A stretch of 64,000 nt of DNA from a virus (lineage: Duplodnaviria > Caudoviricetes): IMG/VR virus record IMGVR_UViG_3300021363_000005, positions 1,711 to 65,710 of that record. One strand, written 5' to 3'. Positions 1-9,668 of this stretch are shown piece by piece. Both the position numbers and the translations under genes were made by a program. The notes under the pieces are model-generated. The model was not told the origin of the DNA. It saw only the letters and a program-made list of their open reading frames with translations, and ran no database searches. Each line of letters begins with the position of its first letter. Position 1 is the first letter of the stretch.

Positions 1-1
1 C

Positions 2-1288
2 AAATATTATTTGTCCTTTACTGGGTATTTCCTCGCGCCGAGCAGCGGCAACGGTTCGGCCAGTGTCGCTTTGCGCAAAAATGGTGCGCGCGTTCCAGAG
101 GCATATATTGCGGGGTCTGCCAGCGCTAATTTTTGGATACCGATCACCTATGGCGCGTACGTCGATGCTAACGGCAGCGATTACTTCGACTGGGTGGTGA
201 ACAACACCACCGGCACCGGCTGGGTCAACGGCTTCTTCTCGGCCTTCCCGCTGACCGGCATCAAGGGTCCGACTGGCGGCGCGCCCGGTGCGGTGGTGGG
301 CGATTTCTTCGCGGCCAACAACACACCGTTCACGATGGCGACGGTCGAGACCGTCGTCGTCCCTCCTACCATCGTGACGGGCAATTCGGGTGGCTACTAC
401 AATAATTCGACGGGTCGGTACACGCCGCCCGCTGGGCGCTATTTGATTTTTGGGACGGCAGTGGTCGGCTACAGCGGCGGCGCGGTCTTGGCGGAAATGC
501 GTTTGCGTAAGAATGGTGCGATGGTCGAGCGTTCGGTCGAGACGCCAGCGAATAGCGCCTACTACAACACTACGAAGGTCGCGGCGATTGTCGACGCTAA
601 TGGCACCGACTACTTCGAATTGTCGCTGTGGGGTAATTCAGTCGGCAATGCGTGCAGCAATCTGTATTTCGGCGCGACGCCGACGCAGGGCATGGTCGGA
701 CCTCAAGGACCGACCGGACTGCCGGGCCAGATTGGCTGGCGGCAGATCAGCGCTCAGACCGTCAGCGGCCAGCCGTTCATCGACGTCACTGCCTTGCCGG
801 TCGACATCAATCATCTGCAGGTCTTCTTCAGCTGCACGCCCGGTACGAATGACTCCAGCTTTGGGGTGCAGCTTTACAATGGCGCAGGCGTGCTCGATGC
901 GGCGAATGGCAACTATTTGTACGGCAACTTCGAGGTCAACAATTCTTTGACGGCTGGCAGTACGGGTGGTGCCACCTCGTCGACATCCAGCGCTTATTCG
1001 TCTGGCATCCTCTTTGATTTCACGCAGACCAACAATCGTGTCGCCAACAATGCGGCTTTTGCCGGTTCGTCGATCTCGGGCGACTTTCGGATCGCCAACA
1101 TCCGCGATACGGCGAAGCAGAAGGTCGTCAATTTCCAAGCCACCTATCCTAACGCTGCGGCTAATCTGCTGCTCAACATGTTTGGTGGCGGCCATCGAAC
1201 CATAGCGGGAGCGATGACCGGCTTCCGTTTGCTCTTTTTAGCGGGTTCGACGATCTCGGGTAGTGTCACGGTGTGGGGTTCTCCCTAG
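2..1288 (+). CDS. tail fibre / receptor-binding protein, 5' truncated; repeated C1q-like modules separated by short collagen-like linkers
   Basis: Frame is open from base 2 (KYYLSFTG). Two similar units (..LRKNG..VDANG(S/T)DYF..), linkers GIKGPTG and GMVGPQGPTGLPG, and a distinct C-terminal domain. Confidence 0.75.
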   Translation, partial: KYYLSFTGYFLAPSSGNGSASVALRKNGARVPEAYIAGSASANFWIPITYGAYVDANGSDYFDWVVNNTTGTGWVNGFFSAFPLTGIKGPTGGAPGAVVGDFFAANNTPFTMATVETVVVPPTIVTGNSGGYYNNSTGRYTPPAGRYLIFGTAVVGYSGGAVLAEMRLRKNGAMVERSVETPANSAYYNTTKVAAIVDANGTDYFELSLWGNSVGNACSNLYFGATPTQGMVGPQGPTGLPGQIGWRQISAQTVSGQPFIDVTALPVDINHLQVFFSCTPGTNDSSFGVQLYNGAGVLDAANGNYLYGNFEVNNSLTAGSTGGATSSTSSAYSSGILFDFTQTNNRVANNAAFAGSSISGDFRIANIRDTAKQKVVNFQATYPNAAANLLLNMFGGGHRTIAGAMTGFRLLFLAGSTISGSVTVWGSP

Positions 1289-1307
1289 GAGGTATGATTG
1301 AAATTGA

Positions 1308-1586
1308 ATGAGCGACAAGCCTCCATTCGACCCGGTCAAGGCGTGCTTTTACTTGATCGCAGGGATCCTCGCGTTCGAGTGCTTCGTTGTCGGCGTGGGC
1401 GTGATGTCGTGTCTTTGGTACATGGAAACGATCATCAAGAACCCCGAGATCATGTGCGATCCCAAGAACCGCCTGTCCGAACTGCTGACTGGCGCGCTCG
1501 CGGCGGCGCTGGCGTTTGCTGGTGGTTTCACTCGCAACCCGCCGCCACCACCGCCACCGCCACCCAAGGGGCCTGATCATGGCTGA
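1308..1586 (+). CDS. small two-TM membrane protein (possible holin-like)
   Basis: GGAGG upstream, two hydrophobic segments, Pro-rich tail. Confidence 0.5.
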   Translation: MSDKPPFDPVKACFYLIAGILAFECFVVGVGVMSCLWYMETIIKNPEIMCDPKNRLSELLTGALAAALAFAGGFTRNPPPPPPPPPKGPDHG

Positions 1587-2055
1587 AATGGACTTTCCCG
1601 CTGATCCGATCATCGGCCAGAAGTTCACCAACTCGGTAGGGGTGGTCTACCAGTGGAATGGTACGGCGTGGCTGATCGGCTTCTATGACAGCAGCACCGA
1701 GACCTTCGTCACGGTCGGTGACCTGCTGGATCAGATCCGCACTTTGCTGATGGACACCGACGTGAGCAGCGGCGAGTACCGCTACTCGAGCGACAGCATC
1801 GTCGCTAACATCAACATGGGCCTGATCGAGATGTACCGCATCCGGCCCGACATCTTCCTCGAAAACAACTTCCACATTCCGTCGTTCAACGATGCCGATC
1901 TCAGTCAGCCGCTGGTGATCGAGCAGCAGTTCATTCCATCGCTGGTCTACTACGCCGTCGGCATGTGCCAGCTGCGCGACGACGAGGAAACACAGGATGC
2001 CCGGGCGTCGAGTTTCCTTGGCAAGTTCTCGTCGATGCTGGTCGCCGTGGCCTGA
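1579..2055 (+). CDS. putative head-tail adaptor protein
   Basis: Starts MAEMDFP at 1579. Pattern LLDQIRTLLMD...RYS...IRPD...LVYY resembles podophage adaptors; position in the virion module. Confidence 0.55.
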   Translation: MAEMDFPADPIIGQKFTNSVGVVYQWNGTAWLIGFYDSSTETFVTVGDLLDQIRTLLMDTDVSSGEYRYSSDSIVANINMGLIEMYRIRPDIFLENNFHIPSFNDADLSQPLVIEQQFIPSLVYYAVGMCQLRDDEETQDARASSFLGKFSSMLVAVA

Positions 2056-2075
2056 CATTATGTCAAGAGGTTATC

Positions 2076-2696
2076 ATGGCATCTGCTTTTGATCGTGTCT
2101 TCGCCGACGTCCGCAAGGACCTGCCGAGCGTGCCGGATGCGGTCGTGCGGCAGGAGATCTTCCGGGTGATGGACGATTTCACGCAGCGCACCAACATCTG
2201 GCAGGAAGGCACGCCGGTCGACATTCAGCCCAACGTGCAGACTTACAATTTGACGGTGAGTTTCGGCCAGCCCAATCGCCTGATGTTCGTCTACGATGCC
2301 AATGCGGTGACCAAGTATTGGCCAATGCGCGGCATCAGCATGCGCATCCCCGGCGTCCTGCAGCTCTATCAGGCACCGACCAATGCAGCGACATGGATCG
2401 CTGTTATTGCCAAGCGCACTGCCGAGCCGGTCGACCCCGGCACGCTCTATCCAGTGATCGATGATTGGATCGTCGACAAATATGCCGACACACTCGGTCG
2501 CGGCATTCTCGCGCGCCTGCAGTTTGAGCCGCAGAAACCCTATTCCAACCCGATGCTCGCGAGCGCCAACCAGCGAGCGTACATCTCGGGCTGCTCGCTG
2601 GCCCGCGCCAACGACAGTCATGCCAACGTCTACGACGCCCAAAACTGGATGTTCCCGCAGGGCTGGGCGACGGTGACGAGAAAGCCATGGACCTGA
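2076..2696 (+). CDS. putative second adaptor / tail connector protein
   Basis: AGAGG RBS then ATG at 2076. Motifs DFTQRTNIW and GILARLQFEPQKPYSNP; synteny. Confidence 0.5.
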   Translation: MASAFDRVFADVRKDLPSVPDAVVRQEIFRVMDDFTQRTNIWQEGTPVDIQPNVQTYNLTVSFGQPNRLMFVYDANAVTKYWPMRGISMRIPGVLQLYQAPTNAATWIAVIAKRTAEPVDPGTLYPVIDDWIVDKYADTLGRGILARLQFEPQKPYSNPMLASANQRAYISGCSLARANDSHANVYDAQNWMFPQGWATVTRKPWT

Positions 2697-2697
2697 C

Positions 2698-3411
2698 ATG
2701 ACCATTTCCGTCAAACATAAATTCCACTCGGCTAAGGGCGACGGTCCTGACTCGACCTTGGTCCGGCCATCGGCGTGGGACGACGATCACGATTTTCAGA
2801 CGACCAGCACGACGCCCATCGTGCTGGGTCGGCAGACGCCCGGAGCTGGTCCCATCGAGGAGCTGCCGCTCAACGTGCTGTTCCCGGCTGGTGGTGTCCT
2901 GCCGTTTGCCGGGTCGGTGCTGCCGGCTGGCTGGCTGTTCTGCTATGGCCAGTCGGTCAACCAAGTCGACTTCCCAGCGCTTTATGCTGCGATTGGCACG
3001 ACCTACGGTGCCGGGCCGGGCCCGGCGACGTTCGTCATTCCTGATCTGCGCGGCACGGTGGTTGGCGGCAAGTCAAACATGGGCGGTGCGGATCGTGGCA
3101 ACCTGCCCGGCGGTGCCACACTCGGTCAGTATCTTGGTGCGCCATCGGCTGGCGTCAATTTTACTTCGCTCGGTGCGCTCCATACTGATTACGGCAACAT
3201 CGGTTTCCAGCAAACTTTCGGTGCGATCACCACCGGGAACGCGTCAGCCGGCGGCAGTGCCGGTGGCAGTACCTACGCCGTCCTGAACGATCAGGTGACG
3301 GTGGGGGGCTTCACCCGTGTCATTGGCGACTTCACGGTCAGCGTGTTCGGTAGTACGACGATCTCCATCGTTCAGCCGACCGTCATACTGAATTGGATCA
3401 TCAAGACCTGA
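2698..3411 (+). CDS. phage tail collar domain protein
   Basis: PAGGVLPFAG..PAGWLFCYGQ..LYAAIGTTYG..PDLRG and C-terminal QPTVILNWIIKT match the tail-collar family pattern. Confidence 0.85.
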   Translation: MTISVKHKFHSAKGDGPDSTLVRPSAWDDDHDFQTTSTTPIVLGRQTPGAGPIEELPLNVLFPAGGVLPFAGSVLPAGWLFCYGQSVNQVDFPALYAAIGTTYGAGPGPATFVIPDLRGTVVGGKSNMGGADRGNLPGGATLGQYLGAPSAGVNFTSLGALHTDYGNIGFQQTFGAITTGNASAGGSAGGSTYAVLNDQVTVGGFTRVIGDFTVSVFGSTTISIVQPTVILNWIIKT

Positions 3412-3420
3412 GGTGACACA

Positions 3421-3693
3421 ATGTCAAAAGGAAAGACAACCGTGGAGGTTGCGCAGGTTCCTCAATATAGCGACCAGACCATGCGCGAGATGGAGGCGGG
3501 CCGTGAGGCGGCTCGTACGAACGCTGCCGCTCAGGAACGCGCCGATACGGCGCGCACGTTGGAGGCAGCTGAGACCGCAGCAAAGGAAGTTGAAACGCAA
3601 CGGCAACAAGCTGAGGAGAAAATGCGCGTTGTAGCGGAGGCAGAAGCGGCGCATGCCGCCAAAACTTCCTCTGATGCAGCGTCAAGTCTATAG
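3421..3693 (+). CDS. hypothetical Ala/Glu-rich coiled-coil protein
   Basis: GAGG RBS, tight packing in the operon. Confidence 0.6.
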   Translation: MSKGKTTVEVAQVPQYSDQTMREMEAGREAARTNAAAQERADTARTLEAAETAAKEVETQRQQAEEKMRVVAEAEAAHAAKTSSDAASSL

Positions 3694-3723
3694 TTTCCAC
3701 GATACCAACCCAAGGAGAACGTA

Positions 3724-4353
3724 ATGGCTGGAAAACTCGCCTACATCATGTTCATCGAAGACGGGCATCCCGATCAGGGCCTGCCGCCCGGCATGCCGGG
3801 TCATCCCGACCAAGGCTTCAATCCTGCCTATCCTGATCAGGGCCTGCCCGGTGTACCCGGCGCACCCGGTCAGCTGCCGTCTGGACCGGGCGGACGTCCC
3901 GGTCACTTGCCGTCGCATGGTGGTGGACGTCCGGTCGATCCGGGCTACGGCATGCCGGAAGGGCTCAAGCCCGGTCAGCTGCCGGGTTACTCACCCCCGC
4001 AGGTGGCTCCCGGCTCGACGCTGATCATGGTCCGTGATCAGTACGGCACGTGGTACTACGCGTCGCTGCCCAACAGCTCGGCACCGCCGCGTCCGTCGCC
4101 GCAGCCGCCGCAGCCGGGTCAGCCTGATCAGGGTCTGCCGGGTCAGCCGGTTTACCCCGATCAGGGCCTGCCGCCGGGTTCGCCCGGTGCACCCGGACAG
4201 GGACTGCCGGTTCAGCCGGGCTTCCCTGAGCGTCCAAGCCATCCAATCGCACCGGGTGGTCCGCCGGTTCATCCCGGTCAGCCGCTTCCGCCGACTGGCC
4301 AGCCGCCGGTTGCCGGTCAGCCGCTGCCGCCGACTGCCCAACCGCGTCGTTAA
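3724..4353 (+). CDS. Pro/Gly/Gln-rich low-complexity protein with PDQGLP repeats
   Basis: AAGGAG RBS; repeated (H/Y)PDQGLP and PGQ(L/P)P units. Confidence 0.7.
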   Translation: MAGKLAYIMFIEDGHPDQGLPPGMPGHPDQGFNPAYPDQGLPGVPGAPGQLPSGPGGRPGHLPSHGGGRPVDPGYGMPEGLKPGQLPGYSPPQVAPGSTLIMVRDQYGTWYYASLPNSSAPPRPSPQPPQPGQPDQGLPGQPVYPDQGLPPGSPGAPGQGLPVQPGFPERPSHPIAPGGPPVHPGQPLPPTGQPPVAGQPLPPTAQPRR

Positions 4354-4368
4354 CCTCGGGAGTTAGCC

Positions 4369-6105
4369 GTGAGCGTGCTCAAGTTCGATAAGTTCGGTGG
4401 AGAAATCCCGGCGCTCGACGAGCGTCTGCTGCCTGATATGAACGCGGTCTACACTGAGAACGCGTTCCTGCAGGCAGGCCGGCTTGAGCCGCTCGCGGCT
4501 GACATTCCGATCCACACTTTGGTCGATCCGACGATGCGCTATGCGTTCCGGATCCCTATCGACAACCCGGGCATCGAGAACATCCTCGACAGCTACTGGC
4601 TAGAGTTTCTTTACGCCGACACTTTCGTCGTGCGCTCGCCAGTCACCGATCAGGCGGATGGCGGTACCTACTACTGGGCCGATGGTAAAAGCCTGCCGGG
4701 CTATACGACCTACAATCGAGTAGCGGCCAGTCAGCCTAATCTTGTGCTGGGCATTCCTCGGCCGGAGCATGCTCCCGGTCTGACGGTGACAGGTGGTGCG
4801 ATCCCGACCGTGACGCGGGCTTACACCTACACATGGGTCTCCGACATCGGTGAGGAGGGTCAGCCCAGCGATCCGACCTTGGCGACCGGCAACGCCAGCG
4901 GCACGTGGCACGTCACGATGACGGCACCAACGCCGGCCGACAAAGCGAACCGGACGCTGACGACGACACGCATCTATCGCACCGAGACCGGCACGGATGG
5001 CAGCGTCGGGTTCTTCTTTGTCGTCGAGCTGCCCATCGCCACGCTCACCTACGATGACATCGTGTCAAGCGACATCGTGGCGAACAGCGAGCAGCTACAG
5101 AGTGAAGATTGGTCGCCGCCACCGACCGACCTTGCGGGCATGGTGTCGATGCCCAACGGCATGGTTGCCGGGTGGCGCGCCAACGAGCTGTGGTTCTGTG
5201 AGCCCTATCGGCCGCATGCGTGGCCGGTCAAGTACATGCTGGGTGTCGAGAGCCCGATCATGGGGTTGGGTACCATCGACCAGAACTGCATGGTCTTGAC
5301 ATCCGGTCAACCCTACGTCGCAACCGGTGTCGATCCTTCGCAGATGGCGCTCAAGAAGGTCCAGCCACTCGAGCCCTGCACGTCGCCGGGATCCATCGTG
5401 CAGACGCCGGGCGGCGTGCTCTATGCTTCGAATAACGGTTTGATCCTGATCGGTCCGAGCGGTGGCACCAACGTCACTCACGATATGATCCGCAAGGACG
5501 AGTGGCTGCGCCTGTTCAACTTGCGCACCTTGCAGGCGTCCTACTTCATGGACGGCTACTACTGCTATTCGAGCGCCATTGACGGTGTGTTCCAGACCGA
5601 CACGTTCCAGATGGACGCGTTTCAACAGGAAAATTACTTCGGCACAATGATCGGTGCGCACATCTCGCAGGATCAGCGCCTCGGCTACATGACGATCACC
5701 TGCGATCAGCCGACCTACAATGTCATGACCGATCTGTGGACCGGCGAGACGTTCGTGCTGCGCAACGGGCAGGTGTTCCACGTCGACCGTCGCCAGTACG
5801 ATCCCAAGCAGAGCTACGTCTGGCGCTCGAAAATCGTGCAGATGCCGTACAAGGACAACTATGCGGCGGCCAAGATTTTCTACGACGTGCCGAATGGTCT
5901 GGCACCGGCTCCGGGCATCGAGCATCTGTTCAAGATGTACGCCGACGGCAATTTGAAATTCACGCGACCGATCCGCAAGTCGGGTGAGCAGTTCCGTCTG
6001 CCGTCCGGCTACAAGGCGGACTTCTTCCAGTTCGAGCTGAGCGGCCAGCTGATGATATTCAACATGCAGATCGCCACGTCGCCGCATGAATTGCGAGGTC
6101 TTTGA
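4369..6105 (+). CDS. tail nozzle / DNA stabilisation protein (P22 gp10-like position)
   Basis: 578 aa, F.GE.P N-terminus, beta-rich (LWFCEPYRPHAWP, YVWRSK, FRLPSGYK); lies just before the ejection proteins. Confidence 0.7.
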   Translation: MSVLKFDKFGGEIPALDERLLPDMNAVYTENAFLQAGRLEPLAADIPIHTLVDPTMRYAFRIPIDNPGIENILDSYWLEFLYADTFVVRSPVTDQADGGTYYWADGKSLPGYTTYNRVAASQPNLVLGIPRPEHAPGLTVTGGAIPTVTRAYTYTWVSDIGEEGQPSDPTLATGNASGTWHVTMTAPTPADKANRTLTTTRIYRTETGTDGSVGFFFVVELPIATLTYDDIVSSDIVANSEQLQSEDWSPPPTDLAGMVSMPNGMVAGWRANELWFCEPYRPHAWPVKYMLGVESPIMGLGTIDQNCMVLTSGQPYVATGVDPSQMALKKVQPLEPCTSPGSIVQTPGGVLYASNNGLILIGPSGGTNVTHDMIRKDEWLRLFNLRTLQASYFMDGYYCYSSAIDGVFQTDTFQMDAFQQENYFGTMIGAHISQDQRLGYMTITCDQPTYNVMTDLWTGETFVLRNGQVFHVDRRQYDPKQSYVWRSKIVQMPYKDNYAAAKIFYDVPNGLAPAPGIEHLFKMYADGNLKFTRPIRKSGEQFRLPSGYKADFFQFELSGQLMIFNMQIATSPHELRGL

Positions 6106-6290
6106 TGGCCGTCCCAACGATCCCGACGCCCGACGCTACGCCTGAAGGTCTCTATCAATCGGTGATGGCGCTCAAGCAAGTCGTCGACATTGCCCATGGC
6201 AACGTGCCGGTGGGGCCGCGCGCGGCCAAGACGGCGGCCAGCATCAAGATCGGGGCAGCGATCTCTGCCGTCATCCGACTGAACTCGTAG
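6105..6290 (+). CDS. small hypothetical virion-module protein
   Basis: TGATG stop/start overlap with the preceding gene. Confidence 0.5.
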   Translation: MAVPTIPTPDATPEGLYQSVMALKQVVDIAHGNVPVGPRAAKTAASIKIGAAISAVIRLNS

Positions 6291-6299
6291 GAGACGACG

Positions 6300-7550
6300 A
6301 TGGCCGTTAATCCCAACACCGTCGGCAACCCGCTCGATCTCTCGATGCCCATCGCTGAGACGACGAACCAAGCCTACAAAGATTGGCAGCAGCAACAGGA
6401 CCAGATGAACTGGGCCAAGGCGGCCTACGCCGGCAACAAGGCGACGGCGGATAAAGTTCAGGCTGGTGATCTCGCCACCCAAGACGAGATGAACCGGGCG
6501 GCGACCGAGGATCGTGCGCTCTACACCGGCACCTACGTGCCGGCGATGAAGCAGCAGATGGACTACGCGCTGAATTACACCACGCCGGAACGCATGGCGG
6601 CGAACCGTGGCGCGTCGATGGCGACGTCCAACATCGCCTTCGATGCCAACGCCAACGCGGCTAAACGGCAGCTTGGGAGCTACGGCGTCAACCCGGCGTC
6701 CGGTGCCTTTGCCGGGCTTGATGCCGGCGTCGCGGCGGCGCGCGCCAAGCAGGCGGCAGGGGCCGGGACGACGTCGGATCGCCAGACCGAGATGTTGGGT
6801 CAGCAGTACCTCGCCAACGCCATCGCGACCGGCGCGGTGCTGCCCGGACAGGCGGTCAATGAGGCGGGTCTGGGTGTCGGCGCGGGTAACGCCGCCGCGA
6901 ACACCGGGCTTGCCACGACGGCGTCGGGGTCATCGACCATGGGCACGCCGCTGCAGTGGAACCAGCAGGGCAACAACATGTTCGCCAACTGGCCAGCATG
7001 GGCGTCGACCGCGACTAATGCTGGTCTGACCCAGAACCGTGACACGGCCGCGCAAAGCGAGGCGCAACAGAAGATCAATGCGTCGAGCTCCAGCGGTATC
7101 GGCGCGTTGGTCGGTGCCGGTGCCGGCATCCTCGGCTCGGTCGTCGGTGGCCCGGTCGGCGGTATGATTGGTTCCTCGCTGGGCAGCATGGTCGGCAACA
7201 GCCTCGGCGGCGGCAGCGGTATGACATTCGCGGAGGGTGGTGCCGTCGATGAAGAAACGGCGGAGGGTGAACCGCCGATGGATGACGCGTCCAACATGGT
7301 GTCGCCCGAGATGTCGCCTAGCGGCGGTGCTCAGACCGACGACGTGCACGCTCTGCTGAACGAGGGTGAGTTCGTCGTGCCCAAGGACGTCACCTCTTGG
7401 CTGGGTGAAAAGTTCCTGCAGAATTTGATCAACAAGGCGCGTACAGAGGCATCTGGTCCCAAGGCCGAGCCCGAGCAGGCTCCGATGCCGCAGGCGATGG
7501 CGCTGTCACCGCCTGCGTTCCAGTCCGAAGGCGCACGCGCGGGGGCATAG
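6300..7550 (+). CDS. internal virion / DNA ejection protein
   Basis: Ala/Gly/Gln-rich, glycine-zipper hydrophobic segment, FAEGG and TDDVHALLNEGEFVVP motifs; GGAG RBS. Confidence 0.65.
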   Translation: MAVNPNTVGNPLDLSMPIAETTNQAYKDWQQQQDQMNWAKAAYAGNKATADKVQAGDLATQDEMNRAATEDRALYTGTYVPAMKQQMDYALNYTTPERMAANRGASMATSNIAFDANANAAKRQLGSYGVNPASGAFAGLDAGVAAARAKQAAGAGTTSDRQTEMLGQQYLANAIATGAVLPGQAVNEAGLGVGAGNAAANTGLATTASGSSTMGTPLQWNQQGNNMFANWPAWASTATNAGLTQNRDTAAQSEAQQKINASSSSGIGALVGAGAGILGSVVGGPVGGMIGSSLGSMVGNSLGGGSGMTFAEGGAVDEETAEGEPPMDDASNMVSPEMSPSGGAQTDDVHALLNEGEFVVPKDVTSWLGEKFLQNLINKARTEASGPKAEPEQAPMPQAMALSPPAFQSEGARAGA

Positions 7551-7551
7551 C

Positions 7552-9666
7552 ATGACACTCAAGAATGAGATCTTTGAGGGCATCGCTGCCTACAAGGCGC
7601 TGACGCCAACGCCGCAGGACGACTACTACAAATACCGTCTAGGACAGCTCAAGAAAAAACAGAAGGACGACGACGCCGTCACTCAAGGCGCGAAGGACGA
7701 GATCGACGAACAGAACCGGCGGCGTGCTGCGGGCGGTCCGCCGGGCACCCCGGTACCGACGGTTGCTTCGACGGCGATGCCCGGGTCGACACAGACCGCG
7801 CTCAATACGTCGACGTGGGATCCGACCCAGCCGATTGGCCAAGCGAACATGCCGACCGACCAACAGGGTGGCATGATCCATGCGTTCAAGGATGGCGGTG
7901 CGGTCGATGACGAAAGCGATGTTGACCGGCTCGTTGCTCAACTGCTGACTGAAGACCGCGCGCGAGGTCAATACGGTGGCCAGACCTACGGTGGCGAGAC
8001 CCACGGTGGTGCGCAATTCGGCGGCAATAAATTTGGCGGCAATAAGTTTGGTGGTGCGCGGTTCGGTGCCAGCAGCCCCCCTGATGAGCCGCCGCCTAGT
8101 ACGCCCGAGCGGCCTACGCCTACGCCCCTGCCTACTCCTCCGGCAGAGCCCAGCACGCCCGAGGAACGCGAGCGTGCGATCTGGGGTCAGGAGTCAGTCG
8201 ACCGAGCGAATGCCGCGCGCGACGCGGCGATGGCTACCGTTCGACGCGGCCAAGCCGTTCGACCGATGCCGGGGGAGGATCGTGCCTTCGCAGCGGATTG
8301 GCCGCCCCGGGATGATCGTGAGCCTCCACCCTCGGATACGGTTCCTTCAGCACCGGGGTTCGAGGGCGCGCAACCTTACGCTCCTATCGGCACCACCACT
8401 CCGGGCGAAGCAGCAATGGCGGCGCGCAGGGCGTTTTTTCCGCCGACCTCGCCGCGAGTAGAGCCGCCCCCTGCGCCGGTCGGTGCCGGGGCGGGTACAG
8501 CAGCGGGTCAGCAGGTTGCCGCCGCCGCTCCGCAGCCAGCTGCGCCAGCGCCGCCAACTCCTCCATGGACGCAGCAGCGGTCGCAGCCTTCGCTGGGCGT
8601 ACCGACGCAAGCATTGAGCACGACGCCCCCGTCGTCTCCTGCACCCGCGCCCGCGCCCGCGCCGGCCCCCGCGAGACCGACTGGCCCCACCGGGACGGCA
8701 AGCACACCGGCACCGCCGCCGACGGCAGGTGCTGCCAACGCGCCAAGCACTGCTCCGAAGGGGAGCCTAGCCGATCAGTCGCGGGTGACGGCGTTCGACC
8801 CAACGGCCGATCTCAACGATCCGCGCAACGCGCACCGCGTCGACCAGAGCGGGGCGACGGTCATGCCCACCCAGCAGGACATGCACGCCGTGCTGAATGC
8901 TGGGCTGCAGGCAGCACCGGGTGGCGGAGCTCAACAGCCGCCGCCGGGTCAAGGAGCGGTGTCACGCCCGGTGTTCAACCAGTGGGTCGACGCGCACAAC
9001 CAAGGTGGGCGGTTGACATCCGGTCAAGCCCTCATGGTCGGCATGGTTGGTAAGTACAAAGTTTTGTTGAGCCAAGGTCGCCAAGCCGAGGCGTCGCAGA
9101 TGGCATGGGGTCTCATTCAGGCGGCCAATCTCGAGGCCGCGTCGTGGGGCGACGTCGCTAAGGACCAAATCCATGCGAACAACCTGCCCGGTGCGGTGGC
9201 CAGCATCGCCAAGGCGGCCGATCTTAGCCCGGACGGAATGCACCATCGTCCGAGCCCCGATGGACGGTCGATTGAGACCTACGATAACAACGGCAAGCTG
9301 ACAGCGACGACGCCGATGGATGGCCGGATGGCGCTGGCGGCGGCGATGGGTCTGCAAGATGGCACGCTGATGTGGGCGGCGCTGCAGAGCACCGTCGCGT
9401 CGACCCAGAAACCCGACAGGAATGCCGAAGGACGGCAGCTCACCAACGACCTGCGTCGCCAGCAGATTGAGGGCGCACGCCTGCGTAATAAGAAGCTGGC
9501 ATCTGCCGGGACCGGTGGCGGCGGCGGCGGGTCCGCTGCCGGTGCGGAGTTGGCGGCGCTGTTCGGGCAGACTAATGCGTCGGCTCATGTTGCCGGTCCA
9601 CCGCAGGGTGGTGGCGAAGACGACAGTTGGATTGACCGAGAGACCACAAACCCACCGGATGAATAG
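7552..9666 (+). CDS. internal virion / ejection protein, Pro-rich
   Basis: 704-aa ORF in the ejection cluster; FKDGGAV motif. Confidence 0.55.
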   Translation: MTLKNEIFEGIAAYKALTPTPQDDYYKYRLGQLKKKQKDDDAVTQGAKDEIDEQNRRRAAGGPPGTPVPTVASTAMPGSTQTALNTSTWDPTQPIGQANMPTDQQGGMIHAFKDGGAVDDESDVDRLVAQLLTEDRARGQYGGQTYGGETHGGAQFGGNKFGGNKFGGARFGASSPPDEPPPSTPERPTPTPLPTPPAEPSTPEERERAIWGQESVDRANAARDAAMATVRRGQAVRPMPGEDRAFAADWPPRDDREPPPSDTVPSAPGFEGAQPYAPIGTTTPGEAAMAARRAFFPPTSPRVEPPPAPVGAGAGTAAGQQVAAAAPQPAAPAPPTPPWTQQRSQPSLGVPTQALSTTPPSSPAPAPAPAPAPARPTGPTGTASTPAPPPTAGAANAPSTAPKGSLADQSRVTAFDPTADLNDPRNAHRVDQSGATVMPTQQDMHAVLNAGLQAAPGGGAQQPPPGQGAVSRPVFNQWVDAHNQGGRLTSGQALMVGMVGKYKVLLSQGRQAEASQMAWGLIQAANLEAASWGDVAKDQIHANNLPGAVASIAKAADLSPDGMHHRPSPDGRSIETYDNNGKLTATTPMDGRMALAAAMGLQDGTLMWAALQSTVASTQKPDRNAEGRQLTNDLRRQQIEGARLRNKKLASAGTGGGGGGSAAGAELAALFGQTNASAHVAGPPQGGGEDDSWIDRETTNPPDE

Positions 9667-9668
9667 TG

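Noticed and set aside
2-1288. Diversity-generating retroelement targeting the tail fibre
   Set aside because: No reverse transcriptase and no template/variable repeat pair seen in the window; internal repeats are diverged protein domains
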